DNA of 64,000 bases from Candidatus Eiseniibacteriota bacterium (GTDB lineage: Bacteria > Eisenbacteria > RBG-16-71-46 > SZUA-252). Below, in pieces: positions 1 to 12,763 of the stretch (positions are counted from its first letter, which is position 1; the number at the start of each line of letters is the position of its first letter). The notes below the pieces were generated by a model. It was not told the DNA's origin. It saw nothing but the letters and a program-made list of their open reading frames with translations, and ran no database searches. The stretch covers positions 449,380 through 513,379 of the forward strand of contig CAVUEC010000011.1 in assembly GCA_963740415.1 (NCBI GenBank), read 5' to 3'. The position numbers were made by a program, and so were the translations under genes.

Positions 1-3000
1 AACGAGCTCGCGACCCTGGCGTTTACCGCGAGCGCGACCGATCCGGACGCCGGCCAGACCGTGGACTATTCACTCGACGCGGGAGCACCGTCCGGCGCGA
101 CGATCAACGCCTCGACGGGAGCCTTCTCGTGGACGCCGACGGAAGCGCAGGGCCCGGGCACGTTCCCCGCTACGATTCGGGCCACCGATGACGGAACGCC
201 TTCGCTCAGCGATTTCGAGGCGATCGACATCACGGTGAACGAGGTGAACGTGGCGCCGGTGCTCGGAGCGATCGGAAGCACGACGATGAATGAGCTGGCA
301 ACGCTGGCATTCACCGCGACGGCCACGGATACCGATCTTCCGGCGGAAGCGATCTCGTTTTCCCTGGACGCGGGTGCTCCGGCCGGCGCCGGCATCGGGG
401 CCACGACCGGCGCCTTCTCGTGGACCCCGACCGAGGCTCAAGGCCCTGGTGCCTTCCCCATCACCATTCGCGCGACAGACAACGGAACCCCCGCGCTGAG
501 CGATTTTGAGGTGATCACGGTCACGGTCAATGAGGTGAACGCGGCCCCGGCGGTGACGAATCCCGGAAACCAAACCGTCGATGAGCTGACCGCGTTGGCC
601 TTCACCGCGACCGCGACGGACGCGGACGTCCCGGCGAATACGCTCACGTGGTCCCTGGATGGCGCCCCGGCCGGCGCGGCCATTGGGGCCTCGACCGGCG
701 CCTTCTCGTGGACGCCGACCGAAGCGCAAGGCCCCGGCGCGTTCCCCGTCACGATTCGCGCCACCGACAACGGCACGTCGGCGCTGAGCGGCTCGGCCGC
801 CATCACGATCACCGTCAACGAGGTGAACGCCGCACCGGTGGTGACAAACCCCGGAAGCCACAGCGTCAACGAGCTGGCCACCCTCGGCTTCACGGTGACG
901 GCCTCGGACGCGGACGTGCCGGCCAACACGTTGAGCTGGTCGCTCGAGGGCGCACCCGCCGGCGCGTCGATCAACGCGTCGACCGGTGCGTTCACGTGGA
1001 CTCCGACGGAAGCTCAAGGACCCGGAACCTATCCGGTGACCATTCGCGCCACGGACAACGGGGCCCCCGCGCTGAGCGGGGCGGTCTCGACCACGATCAC
1101 CGTCAACGAGGTGAATGCGGTCCCGGCGCTCGCCGCGATCGGAAGTAAGACGGTGAACGAGCTGGCGACGCTCACATTCACGGCGACCGCGACGGATGCG
1201 GACGTTCCGGCGAATACGGTGGCGTACTCGCTGGATGCAGGCGCTCCGACTGGCACGGCCATTGGCGCCACGACCGGCGCCTTCTCGTGGACGCCGACCG
1301 AAGCGCAAGGCCCGGGCTCATTCCCGATCACGATTCGCGCCACCGACAACGGCACGCCGGCGCTGAGCGACTTCGAGGGAATCACGGTCACGGTGAACGA
1401 GGTCAACGTGGCCCCGGCACTCACCGCGATCGGAAGCAAGACGGTGAACGAGCTTGCGACGCTCGTGTTCACGGCGACCGCGACGGATGCGGACGTTCCG
1501 GCGAATACGGTGGCCTACTCGCTGGACGCGGGTTCTCCAGCTGGGGCGACCATTGGGGCAACGACCGGCGCCTTCTCATGGACGCCGACGGAGGCCCAGG
1601 GCCCGGGCTCATTCCCGATCACGATTCGCGCCACCGACAACGGCACGCCGGCCCTGAGCGACTTCGAGGGGATCACGGTCACGGTGAACGAAGCGAACGT
1701 GGCGCCCGTTTTGGTCGCGATTGGAAATAGGACCGTAAGCGAGCTGGCGACCCTGACGTTCACAGCTACGGCAACCGATGCCGATCTTCCGGCGGACGCG
1801 ATCTCGTTCTCCCTGGACGCGGGAGCGCCGGCGGGCGCGACCATCGGTGCCTCGACGGGTGCGTTCTCGTGGACGCCGACCGAAGCACAAGGCCCCAGCG
1901 CATTCCCGATCACGATTCGCGCCACGGACAACGGCACGCCGGCGCTGAGCGATTTCGAGGTAATCACCGTCACGGTGACCGAGGTCAACGTGGCCCCGTC
2001 CTTAGCCGCGATCGGAAACAAGACGGTGAACGAGCTTGCGACGCTCGTGTTCACGGCGACCGCGACGGATGCGGACGTTCCGGCGAATACGGTGGCCTAC
2101 TCGCTGGACGCGGGTTCTCCAGCCGGGGCGGCCATCAATGCCTCGACGGGTGCCTTCACGTGGACGCCGACCGAAGCCCAGGGCCCAGGCTCATTCCCGA
2201 TCACGATTCGCGCCACCGACAACGGCACGCCGGCCCTGAGCGACTTCGAGGTAATCACCGTTACGGTGACCGAGGTCAACGTGGCCCCGGCGCTCGCCGC
2301 GATCGGAAGCAAGACGGTGAACGAGCTGGCAACCCTGACATTCACGGCGACCGCGACGGACGCGGACGTTCCGGCAAACACGGTGGCCTACTCGCTCGAC
2401 GCGGGCTCTCCGGCTGGCGCGACCATTGGCGCCACGACGGGTGCCTTCTCGTGGACGCCGACGGAGGCGCAGGGGCCGGGCTCTTTCCCGATCACAATCC
2501 GGGCCACGGACAGCGGCACGCCGGCGCTGAGCGATTTCGAGGTAATCACCGTCACGGTGAACGAAGTGAACGTGGCGCCCGCGGTCACCAATCCGGGCAA
2601 CAAGACGGTCAATGAGCTGGTCGCGCTCGGGTTCACGGTCGCGGCGACGGACGCCGATGCCCCGGCCAACACGGTGACTTGGTCGCTGGACGCCGGTGCT
2701 CCCAGCGGCGCGGCGATCGGAGCCACAACCGGCGCGTTCTCCTGGACCCCGACCGAAGCGCAGGGCCCGGGCTCATTCCCGATCACCATTCGCGCCACGG
2801 ACAACGGCACGCCGGCGCTGAGCGGTACGGCCGCGATCACGGTGACGGTCAACGAATCGAATGTGGCCCCGTCCCTCATCGCGATCGGCAACAAGACGGT
2901 GAACGAGCTGGCGACCCTGGCGTTCACGGCCACGGCGACGGACGCCGATCTTCCGGCGGACGCGATCTCGTTCTCCCTGGACGCGGGGGCTCCGGCGGGC

Positions 3001-6000
3001 GCGACCATCAACGCATCCACCGGCGCGTTCTCGTGGACCCCGACGGAAGCGCAGGGTCCGGGAACGTTCCCCGTCACGATTCGCGCCACCGACGACGGAA
3101 CACCGGCGCTGAGCGACTTCGAGGGGATCACGGTCACGGTCAATGAAGTGAATGTGGCGCCGGTGCTCGCCGCGATCGGAAGCAAGACGGTGAGCGAGCT
3201 GGCGACCGCTGGCATTCACCGCGACCGCGACGGATGCCGATCTTCCCGCGAACACGATCTCGTTCTCTCTGGACGCAGGAGCGCCGGCCGGTGCGACCAT
3301 CAACGCGTCGACCGGAGCGTTCTCCTGGACGCCGACCGAGGCCCAGGGCCCAGGATCATTCCCGATCACGATCCGGGCCACGGACAGCGGGACGCCGGCC
3401 TCTGAGCGACTTCGAGGGCATCACGGTCACGGTCAATGAGGTGAACGTGGCGCCCGCGGTCACCAATCCGGGCAACAAGACCGTCAATGAGCTGGTCGCG
3501 CTCGCGTTCACGGTCACCGCGACGGACGCCGATGTCCCGGCCAACACGGTGACCTGGTCGCTCGATGCCGGCGCTCCTGCCGGCGCGACCATTGGCGCCA
3601 CGACTGGGGCGTTCTCGTGGACTCCGACCGAGGCCCAGGGACCCGGCACTTACCCGGTGACCATTCGCGCCACGGACAACGGCACGCCGGCGCTGAGCGG
3701 CACGGCCGCGATCACGGTGACGGTCAACGACGTGAATGTGGCCCCGGCGCTCGCCGCGATCGGAAACAAGACGGTCAACGAGCTGGCGACCCTGGCGTTC
3801 ACCGCGACGGCGACGGACGCGGACCTTCCGGCGGACGCGATCTCGTTCTCCCTGGACGCGGGGGCTCCGGCGGGCGCGACCATCAACGCCACGACCGGCG
3901 CGTTCTCGTGGACGCCGACGGAAGCGCAGGGTCCGGGAGCATTCCCCGTCACGGTCCGCGCCACCGACGACGGAACACCGGCGCTGAGCGACTTCGAGGG
4001 GATCACCGTCACGGTGAACGAGGTGAACGTGGCGCCGGTGGTGACGAGCCCCGGGAACCATACGGTCAATGAGCTGAGCCTGCTCGCATTCACGGTGACC
4101 GCGACGGACGCCGACGTTCCGGCCAACACGCTGACGTTCTCGCTGGACGCAGGCGCTCCAGCCGGCGCGACCATCAACGCATCCACCGGCGCCTTCTCGT
4201 GGACGCCGACCGAGGCGCAGGGCCCGGGCGCGTACCCGATCACGATCCGCGCCACCGACAACGGAACCCCGGCGTTGAACGGCGCCGCGGCGATCACCGT
4301 TACGGTGAACGAGATGAACGTCGCGCCGACGCTCGCGGCGATCGGCAGCAAGACCGTGAACGAGCTGGTCGCGCTCGCCTTCACCGCCACCGCGACGGAT
4401 CCCGACGTCCCGGGCACGCTCACCTTCTCGTTGGACGCCGGAGCGCCGACCGGCGCCGCGATCAACGCGTCCACCGGGGCGTTTGCCTGGACCCCGACGG
4501 AGGCGCAGGGCCCAGGCAGCTATCCGATCACGGTGCGCGTCACGGACAACGGCGCGCCGGCCCTGGACGACTTCGAAACGATCACGGTCACCGTGAACGA
4601 GGTGAACGCCGCCCCGGTCCTCACGAATCCCGGCAACAAGACGGTCGCGGAGCTTTCGGCGCTCACGTTCACCGTGACGCCGACGGACTCCGACATTCCC
4701 GCGAACACGATGACGTGGTCTCTGGACGCCGGCGCTCCCGTTGGCTCGACGATCAACTCGGGCGGCGCCTTCAGCTGGACTCCGACGGAAGCGCAAGGCC
4801 CCGGCGTCTATCCGGTCACGATCCGGGCAACGGACAACGGAACCCCGGCGCTGGGCGGCACGACGGCGATCACGATCACCGTGACGGAGGTCAACGTCGC
4901 GCCGGTCATGAACAATCCGGGCAACAAGACCGTCAACGAGCTCGCGACCCTTTCGTTCACAGCGACCGCGACCGACGCGGACGTCCCGGCGAATACGTTC
5001 GCATGGTCCCTCGACGCCGGGGCTCCCGCGGGCGCCGCGATCGACGCCGGCACCGCCGCGTTCTCGTGGACCCCGACGGAGGCGCAGGGCCCGGGACTCT
5101 ACCCGGTCACGATTCGCGCGACCGACAACGGGGCGCCCGCGCTGAGCGACTTCCAGGTGATTACGGTGACCGTGAACGAAGTGAACGCGGCGCCGGCGGT
5201 GACCAACCCCGGCAACCGAACGGTCAACGAGCTCGTTGCACTCACGTTCACCGTGACGGCGACCGACTCCGACGTTCCCGCGAACTCCATGACGTGGTCC
5301 CTGGACGCCGGGGCGCCCGCCGGAGCCGCGATCAACGCGTCGACGGGGGCGTTCTCCTGGACCCCGACGGAAGCACAGGGCCCGGGCGTCTACCCGGTCA
5401 CGATTCGCGCCACCGACAACGGAACGCCCGCGCTGGCCGGCACCGCCGCGATCGCGATCACGGTCAACGACGTGAACTCGGCGCCGGCCTTGACCGCGAT
5501 CGGCAACAAGGCGGGCACGGTGGGCTCGCCGATCACGTTCACCGCGACGGCGACCGACCCGGACCTCCCGGCCAACACCCTGAGCTTCTCGCTCGACGCG
5601 GGCGCTCCGGCCGGCGCGACGATCAACGCGTCGACCGGAGCTTTCTCGTGGACCCCGGCCGCCAACGGCACGTTCCCCGTCACGGTCCGCGTGACCGACA
5701 ATGGAACGCCGGCCTTGAGCGACTTCGAGGCCGTCACGATCACGGTGAGCCCTGCGCCGAACCAGGCGCCGGTACTCGGCGCGATCGGCAATAAGACGGT
5801 GAACGAGCTGGCCACGCTGGCGTTCACGGCCACGGCGACCGATCCGGACGCGGGCCAGACGCTGACGTTCTCCCTGGACGCCGGAAATCCCTCCGGGTCC
5901 GCGATCAACGGAACCACGGGCGCCTTCTCGTGGACTCCAACCGAGGCCCAGGGGCCCGGAAGCTATCCCATCACGGTCCGGGTGACCGACAACGGGACCG

Positions 6001-9000
6001 CCCCGTTGAGTGATACGGAGGCGATCACGGTCACCGTCAACGAGGTGAACGCCGCGCCCGCGCTCGGTGCGATCGGCAACAGGACGGTGAACGAGCTCGT
6101 CGCGCTCACCTTTACGGCGACGGCGACCGATACCGATCTTCCGGCCAACGCCATCAGCTTCTCCATCGACGCCGGCGCACCCGGCGGCGCGACGATCAAC
6201 GCCTCGACGGGCGCATTCTCGTGGACCCCGACCGAGGCGCAGGGACCCGGCTCCTTCCCGATCACCATTCGCGCCACCGACAACGGCACGCCGGCGCTGA
6301 GCGATGCGGAGACGATCACGGTCACGGTGAACGAGGTCAACGCGCCGCCCGTGGTGATCGATCCGGGTGACAAGACGATCAACGAGATCGCCCTCCTGGC
6401 GTTCACCGTGACGGCGACGGACTCCGACGTTCCCGCGAACACGGTGGCGTGGTCGCTGGATGCCGGCTCGCCGGCGGGCGCGGCGATCAACGCATCGACG
6501 GGCGCATTCTCCTGGACTCCGACCGAAGCGCAGGGGCCGGGCACATATCCGATCACGATTCGCGCGACCGACAACGGAACGCCCGCGCTGAGCGGGACGG
6601 CTCCAATCACGGTCACGGTGAACGAGGCCAACGCCGCGCCGGTGGTAACGAATCCGGGCAACAAGACGGTCGACGAGTTGGCGGCGCTCGCGTTCACGGC
6701 CACCGCGACCGACTCCGACGTGCCGGCCAACACCGCCACGTGGTCCCTGGACGCCGGCGCCCCCGCGGGCGCGACGATCAACGCCTCGACGGGCGCATTC
6801 TCGTGGACCCCGACCGAAGCGCAGGGCCCGGGCTCGTTCCCGATCACCATCCGGGCGACCGACAACGGAACGCCCTCGCTGAGCGGTGCCGCGATCATCA
6901 CGGTCACGGTGAACGAGGTGAACGTGGCGCCGGTCGTGACCGATCCCGGCGACAAGACGGTGAACGAGCTGACCGCGCTCTCCTTCACGGTGACCGCGGC
7001 CGACCCCGACCTCCCGGCAAACACGCGGACGTGGTCGCTGGACGCCGGCGCCCCCGCCGGCGCGACGATCAACGCCTCAACCGGCGCGTTCAGCTGGACG
7101 CCGACGGAAGCGCAGGGGCCGGGGACCTATCCGGTCACGATTCGCGCGACCGACAACGGAACCCCCGCGCTGAGCGGTGCTACCACGATCACCGTCACGG
7201 TGAACGAGGTAAACGTCGCGCCCGTCGTGACGAACCCCGGGAACCGCACCGTCAACGAGCAGGTGGCGCTTTCCTTCTCTGTGACCGCGACCGATTCCGA
7301 CCTTCCCGCGAACGCGCTGACCTGGTCGCTCGACGCCGGCGCCCCCACGGGCGCCACGATCAACGCGACCACGCAGACATTCTCGTGGACGCCGAACGAG
7401 GCCCAGGGTCCCGGTACCTACCCGATCACCATTCGCGCCATCGATGACGGAACGCCCGCGCTGAGCGGCACGGCCGCGTTCACGGTCACGGTGTCCGAGG
7501 TCAACCGGCCTCCGGCGCTGACGACGATCGGCAACAAGGCAGGAACCGTAGGGATCCCCATCGCGTTCACCGCGACAGCGACGGACCCTGACACACCCGC
7601 CAATACGCTCGCCTTCTCACTGGATGCGGGCGCTCCGGCCGGCGCGACCATCAACGGGTCCACGGGCGCGTTCAACTGGACTCCCTCGACGAACGGCACC
7701 TTCCCCGTCACCATCCGCGTCACGGACAACGGGACGCCGGCGTTGAGCGACTTCGAGGCGATCACAATCGCGGTGAGTCCGGAGCCCAACCAGTCGCCGG
7801 TGCTCGGCGCGATCGGCAACAAGACGGTGAACGAGCTGGCGGCGCTTGCGTTCACGGCGACGGCTACCGATCCCAACGCGGGAGATCTGCTCGCGTTCTC
7901 CCTCGACGCGGGCGCCCCGACCGGAGCGGCGATCAACGGCTCGACAGGCGCGTTTGCCTGGACCCCAACCGAGTCGCAGGGCCCGGGCAGCTTCCCAATC
8001 GCCGTTCGCGTGACCGACAACGGCAGCCCAACCCTCAGCGACTTCGAGACGATCACGGTCACCGTAAACGAGGTGAACGCGGCGCCGGCGGTGGCGAGCC
8101 CAGGCGATAAGACGGTCAACGAGCATTCGAACCTCGCGTTCACGGCGGGCGCGGCCGACGCGGACCAGCCGGCGAACACGCTCGCCTGGTCCCTCGACGC
8201 GGGCGCGCCGGCGGGAGCCGCGATCAACGCGGCGACGGGCGCCTTCAGCTGGACTCCGACCGAGGCGCAGGGACCGGGCGTCTACCCCGTTACGATTCGG
8301 GCGACCGACAACGGAACGCCGGTTCTGAGCGGCGCCTCGGCGATCACGATCACGGTGAACGACGTGAACGCGGCGCCCGTGCTGGCCGCGATCGGCGACA
8401 AGACCGTGAACGAGCTCGCGACGATCACCTTCACGGCGACGGCCACGGACAGCGACGTGCCCTCCGGCATCGTGACCTTCTCGCTCGACGCGGGCGCTCC
8501 GGCCGGCGCCGCGATCAACGCTTCAACCGGTGCGTTCTCCTGGACGCCGACCGAAGCGCAGGGCCCGGGAAGCTACCCGGTGACGATCCGCGCGACCGAC
8601 AATGGAACGCCGTCCTTGAGCGATGCCGAGGCGATCGCCATCACGGTCAACGAGGTGAATATCGCGCCGGTCGTGGCGAGCCCGGGAAACCGGACCGTCA
8701 GCGAGCTGGCCGCGCTCAGCTTCGCGGTGACCGCGACCGACGCGGACGAGCCGACCAACGCGCTGAGCTGGTCGTTGGACGCGGGCGCTCCCGCCGGGGC
8801 CTCGATCAACGCCTCGACGGGAACCTTCGCGTGGACTCCCACGGAAGCGCAGGGATCCGGCACCTACCCGGTGACGATCCGCGCGACCGACAACGGGACG
8901 CCGGCCTTGAGCGGCACGGCGGCCGTCACGGTCGCGGTAACCGAGGCGAACGCGGCTCCCGTTCTGGCGCCGATCAGCGATCGAACGGTGAATGAGCAGG

Positions 9001-12000
9001 CCGCGTTGACCTTCACCGCCACGGCGACGGATGGTGATCTGCCCGCCAACACCCTGACCTTCTCGCTCGACGCAGGGTCGCCGACCGGCGCGACGATCAA
9101 CGCCTCGACGGGCGCGTTCTCCTGGACGCCCTCCGAGGCGCAGGGGCCGGGCACGTTCCCGGTCACGATCCGGGTGACGGACGGCGGGACCCCGACGCTC
9201 GGCGATTCTCAGACGTTTGCGGTCACCGTGAACGAGGTGAACGCCAGTCCGGTCGTGACAAATCCCGGCAACAAGACCGTCAACGAGCAGACGTTGCTGA
9301 GCTTCACCTTGACCGCGACCGACGCCGACGTTCCCGTCAACACGCTCACCTGGTCCCTGGACGCCGGCGCGCCGATGGGAGCCACCATCAACGCGACGAC
9401 GCACGTCTTCTCCTGGACGCCGACGGAGGCGCAAGGCCCCGGGGCGTACCCCATCACCGTCCGCGCCATCGACGACGGAACGCCGTCCCTGAGCGGGACG
9501 GCCCCGTTCACGGCGACCGTCAACGAGGTGAACATCGCGCCGGTTCTGGTGCCGATCGGGAACAAGGCGGGAACGGTCGGAATTCCCATCACGTTCACCG
9601 CGACGGCGACCGACGTGGACCTCCCGGTCAACACGCTCAGCTTCTCGGTCGACCCCGGCGCTCCGACCGGCGCGACGATCGACCCCTCGACGGGCGCCTT
9701 CACCTGGACGCCGACGGTAAACGGCGCAACCAGCGTCACCATCCGCGTGACCGACAACGGATCGCCACCCATGAACGACTTCGAGGTCGTTTCCCTCTCG
9801 GTGAGCGCGGCTCCCAACCGCGCCCCCGTGCTCGACGCGATCGGGGACCGCACGGTCAACGAGCTCGTCGCACTCACGTTCACGGCGACGGCGAACGATC
9901 CGGACGGCAACGCGATGACCTTCACCCTGGACGCCGGCGCCCCGGCCGGAGCGACGATCAACGGGGCGACAGGCGCGTTTGCATGGACCCCGACGGAGGC
10001 ACAGGGCCCGGGCAGCTTGCCCATCACGGTTCGGGTGACCGATAACGGCAGCCCTACCCTCAGCGACTTCGAAACGATCACGGTCACCGTCAACGAAGGT
10101 AACGAGCCGCCGGAGGTGGTCAGCCCTGGCAACCGGACCGTCCACGAGTTGTCCGCTCTCAACTTCACGGTGACCGCGACCGACGCCGACCTGCCGGCGA
10201 ACACGCTCTCCTGGTCCCTCGACGCGGGCGCGCCGAGCGGCGCCGGGATCAACGCATCGACGGGCGCATTCTCCTGGACGCCGACCGAGGCGCAGGGCCC
10301 GGGCTCCTATCCGGCGACGATTCGCGCGACCGACAACGGGTCGCCGGCGCTGGACGACGCGGCCGCGTTCACCATCCTGGTGGACGAGGTAAACGCCCCA
10401 CCCGTGCTGGCCGCGATCGGCGACAGGACCGTGGACGAGCTGGCCACGCTGGTCTTCACCGCCACCGCGACGGACGCGGATCTTCCCGCCAACGCCTTGA
10501 CATTCTCTCTCGACACGGGCGCGCCCGCGGGGGCGACGATCGGCGCCGCGACGGGCGCCTTCTCGTGGACTCCGTCCGAAGCAGACGGACCGGGCGTCCG
10601 TTCCGTGACGGTTCGGGTCGCGGACGACGGGTCGCCCTCTCTGAGCGACGCCGAGACGATCGCGATCACCGTCGTGGAAGTAAACTCGGCGCCGGTTCTG
10701 AACCCCATCGGCAACAAGGGGGGCGCGGTCGGCGTGCCCGTCGCGTTTACGGTGACCGCGACGGACGGGGACGTGCCCGCCAATTCGTTCGCCTTCTCGC
10801 TCGACGCGGGGGCACCCACGGGCGCGACGATCAACGCATCCACCGGCGCCTTCGGCTGGACGCCCAGTGCCACGGGCGTTTTCCCCGTGACGATCCGCGT
10901 GACGGACAACGGCACCCCGCCCTTGAGCGCCTTCGAGGAGATCACGATCACCGTGGGTTCGGCGCCGAACGCGCCACCGGTTCTCGCCGCGATCGGCGAC
11001 AAGACGGTGAACGAGGGGGCGGCCCTGGCCTTCACGGCGACCGCGACCGACCCCGACGCCGGCCAGACTCTGGCCTTCTCGCTCGACCCCGGGACTCCGG
11101 TCGGATCCTCGATCGACCCGGCGAGCGGCGTCTTCGGGTGGACCCCTACGGAGTCCCAGGGTCCAGGCAGCTATCCCATCACGGTCCGCGTCACCGACGA
11201 CGGGACCGGATTCCTGAGTGACTTCAAGACGCTCACCGTCACGGTGAACGAGGTGAACGCGGCACCCGTGCTCACCCCCGTTGGAAACAGGACCATCACG
11301 TCCGGCGCGCCCCTCGCCTTCACCGTCACCGCGACCGATGGAGACATCCCGGCCAACACGATCGCCTACACGCTGGGCGCGGGAGCTCCGGCCGGGGCGA
11401 CGATCGATCCCGGCACCGGTGCGTTCGCGTGGACGCCGTCCGCGGCGGGCGTGTATCCGTTGACGATCCGCGCCACCGACAACGGCGCGCCGCCAAAGAG
11501 CGCGACGGAAATGATCTTCATCACGGTGGGCGATCCCACGAACCGCGCACCGGTCCTGGCCGCCATCGGAAACCGGACCATCGACGAGTCGGTGCGCTCG
11601 ACCTTCACCGCGATCGCGACCGATCCCGACTTTGGACAGGGCCGGATCTTCACGCTGGATTCCGGCGCTCCCGCGGGAGCCACGATCAATCCAACGACTG
11701 GCGTCTTCGGCTGGACGCCGACGGACGCCCAGGGTCCGGGCAGCTACCCGGTCACGGTGCGGGTCACGGATAGCGGCACGCCGCCGTTGAGCGACTTCGA
11801 GACGATCACCGTCACGGTGCGCGACGTGAACGCGGCGCCGGTGCTCGTGGCCATCGGCAGCAAGACGGTTCTGCCCATGGTCGCGCTGACCTTCACCGCC
11901 ACCGCGACGGACCCGGACATTCCCGTGAACTCGCTCGCGTTCTCACTCGACGCGGGCTCGCCGCCGGGCGCCACAATCGACGCCGCGACGGGGGCGTTCA

Positions 12001-12110
12001 GCTGGACGCCCACGACCACGGGCTCCTATCCGGTGACGATCCGCGTCACGGATGACGGCACGCCGCCACTGAGCGACTCTGAGGGCATCACGATCACGGT
12101 GACGCCGCAG
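1..12110 (+). repeat. In-frame tandem coding repeats, ~285 nt (95 aa) period, ~42 copies. Two alternating flavours: A = AIGxKTVNELATLxFTATATD...SDFExITVTVNEVN; B = TNPGNxTVNELxALxFTVTATD...SGTAAITVTVNEVN. Some copies are near-identical at DNA level (e.g. ~1441-1540 vs ~2021-2120)
   Basis: Direct reading of the periodicity of the VNEVN(V/A)AP junctions in the translation and of repeated DNA blocks. Confidence 0.9.
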
Positions 12111-12392
12111 GCTCAGGTCACGGCCCTGCGGCACAATTACCCGAATCCATTCGGCGCCGCCACGCGGATCGACTATCGGCTCCAGCAGGAAGTCCACGTT
12201 CGCCTCGCGTTGTACGACATCCACGGCCGCGAGGTGAAGGTTCTCGTCGACGAAGTCCAGAGTCAGGGCGATCACAGCGCCGTGTGGGACGGAAGCGGGC
12301 GCGGCAAAACGCGAGTCGCGAGCGGCGTCTACATCTGCCGCTTAACGGCCGGTAGCGTGACCCTCAAGGGAACGATGATTCTGGAGCGCTAG
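1..12392 (+). CDS. Giant repetitive cell-surface adhesin (5'-partial; >4100 aa in window) built from He_PIG/cadherin-like ~95-aa repeats, with a T9SS C-terminal sorting domain. Interrupted by two apparent +1 frameshifts near 3205 and 3400
   Basis: Two long same-strand ORFs (61..3405, 3234..12392) are joined by a short segment in the third frame. Repeat unit is ...VNEVNVAPxLxxIGNKTVNELxxLxFTATATDxDxPANTxxxSLDAGAPAGAxINASTGAFSWTPTEAQGPGxYPxTIRATDNGTPxLS..., period 285 nt. C-terminus NYPNPFGAATRIDYRL...LALYDIHGREVKVL...SGVYICRL...KGTMIL matches the Por/T9SS CTD pattern. Confidence 0.85.
12124..12389 (+). other. T9SS (Por secretion system) C-terminal sorting domain of the adhesin
   Basis: Motif pattern NYPNPF...T.I.Y.L...V.L.IYD..GR.V..L......G.H...WDG......SGVY..RL.AG....K.MIL at the extreme C-terminus. 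Confidence 0.7.
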
Positions 12393-12420
12393 GCTCGCGC
12401 GCGGGCGGTTCGCGGGGAGG

Positions 12421-12762
12421 CTACGACGCGGTCTTCCCGGCGCACGAGGCGCAGGGACACATCCGTCGAAGCAGGTCGAAGCTGTAGATCCCGGTGAAGT
12501 GGCCGTCGCTCCACTCGAAGTGGAGCGCGTAGTTCCCCACGATCTTGGCCGCCCCGATCTTCACGTCGGGATTCACGTGCTCTTCAAAAACCATTCTCTG
12601 CCCCGTGGTCTCGCTCACGCACTGGGCGCACGGGCACCGTCCGCGGAGGTATCGCGCCGGATACTGGCTCTCGTGCCCGTCGGCCCATCCGATCGTGAGC
12701 TGCTCGCCCCCCTTCTTCTTGATGCTGAGGGGGGTCGTGGCTTCGGGTGAAAGCGCGGGCAC
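12421..12762 (-). CDS. DUF971 (gamma-butyrobetaine hydroxylase-like N-terminal domain) protein
   Basis: 113-aa ORF with conserved W..GH.S......LR..CPCA.C pattern. Lies 1 nt downstream of mrp on the same strand, a known DUF971-Mrp association. Confidence 0.75.
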   Translation of the reverse strand: MPALSPEATTPLSIKKKGGEQLTIGWADGHESQYPARYLRGRCPCAQCVSETTGQRMVFEEHVNPDVKIGAAKIVGNYALHFEWSDGHFTGIYSFDLLRRMCPCASCAGKTAS

Positions 12763-12763
12763 C

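Noticed and set aside
3190-3420. Programmed ribosomal frameshifting or recoding as explanation for the frame changes
   Set aside because: No slippery heptamers or stimulatory structures were seen. The same kind of 1-nt indel hits many unrelated genes across the window, which favours sequence error or mutation.
1-12110. Possibility that the tandem repeats form a CRISPR array
   Set aside because: Repeat period is 285 nt, in-frame and protein-coding, with no short conserved repeat/variable spacer organisation and no cas genes.
70-12275. Numerous long minus-strand and alternate-frame ORFs overlapping the adhesin repeats (e.g. 70..1308, 3366..4796, 8523..10145), mostly Arg/Gly/Asp-rich
   Set aside because: Typical spurious antisense/out-of-frame ORFs in high-GC repetitive DNA. 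Their composition is R/G/D-rich low complexity, and the sense strand carries an unambiguous conserved repeat protein.
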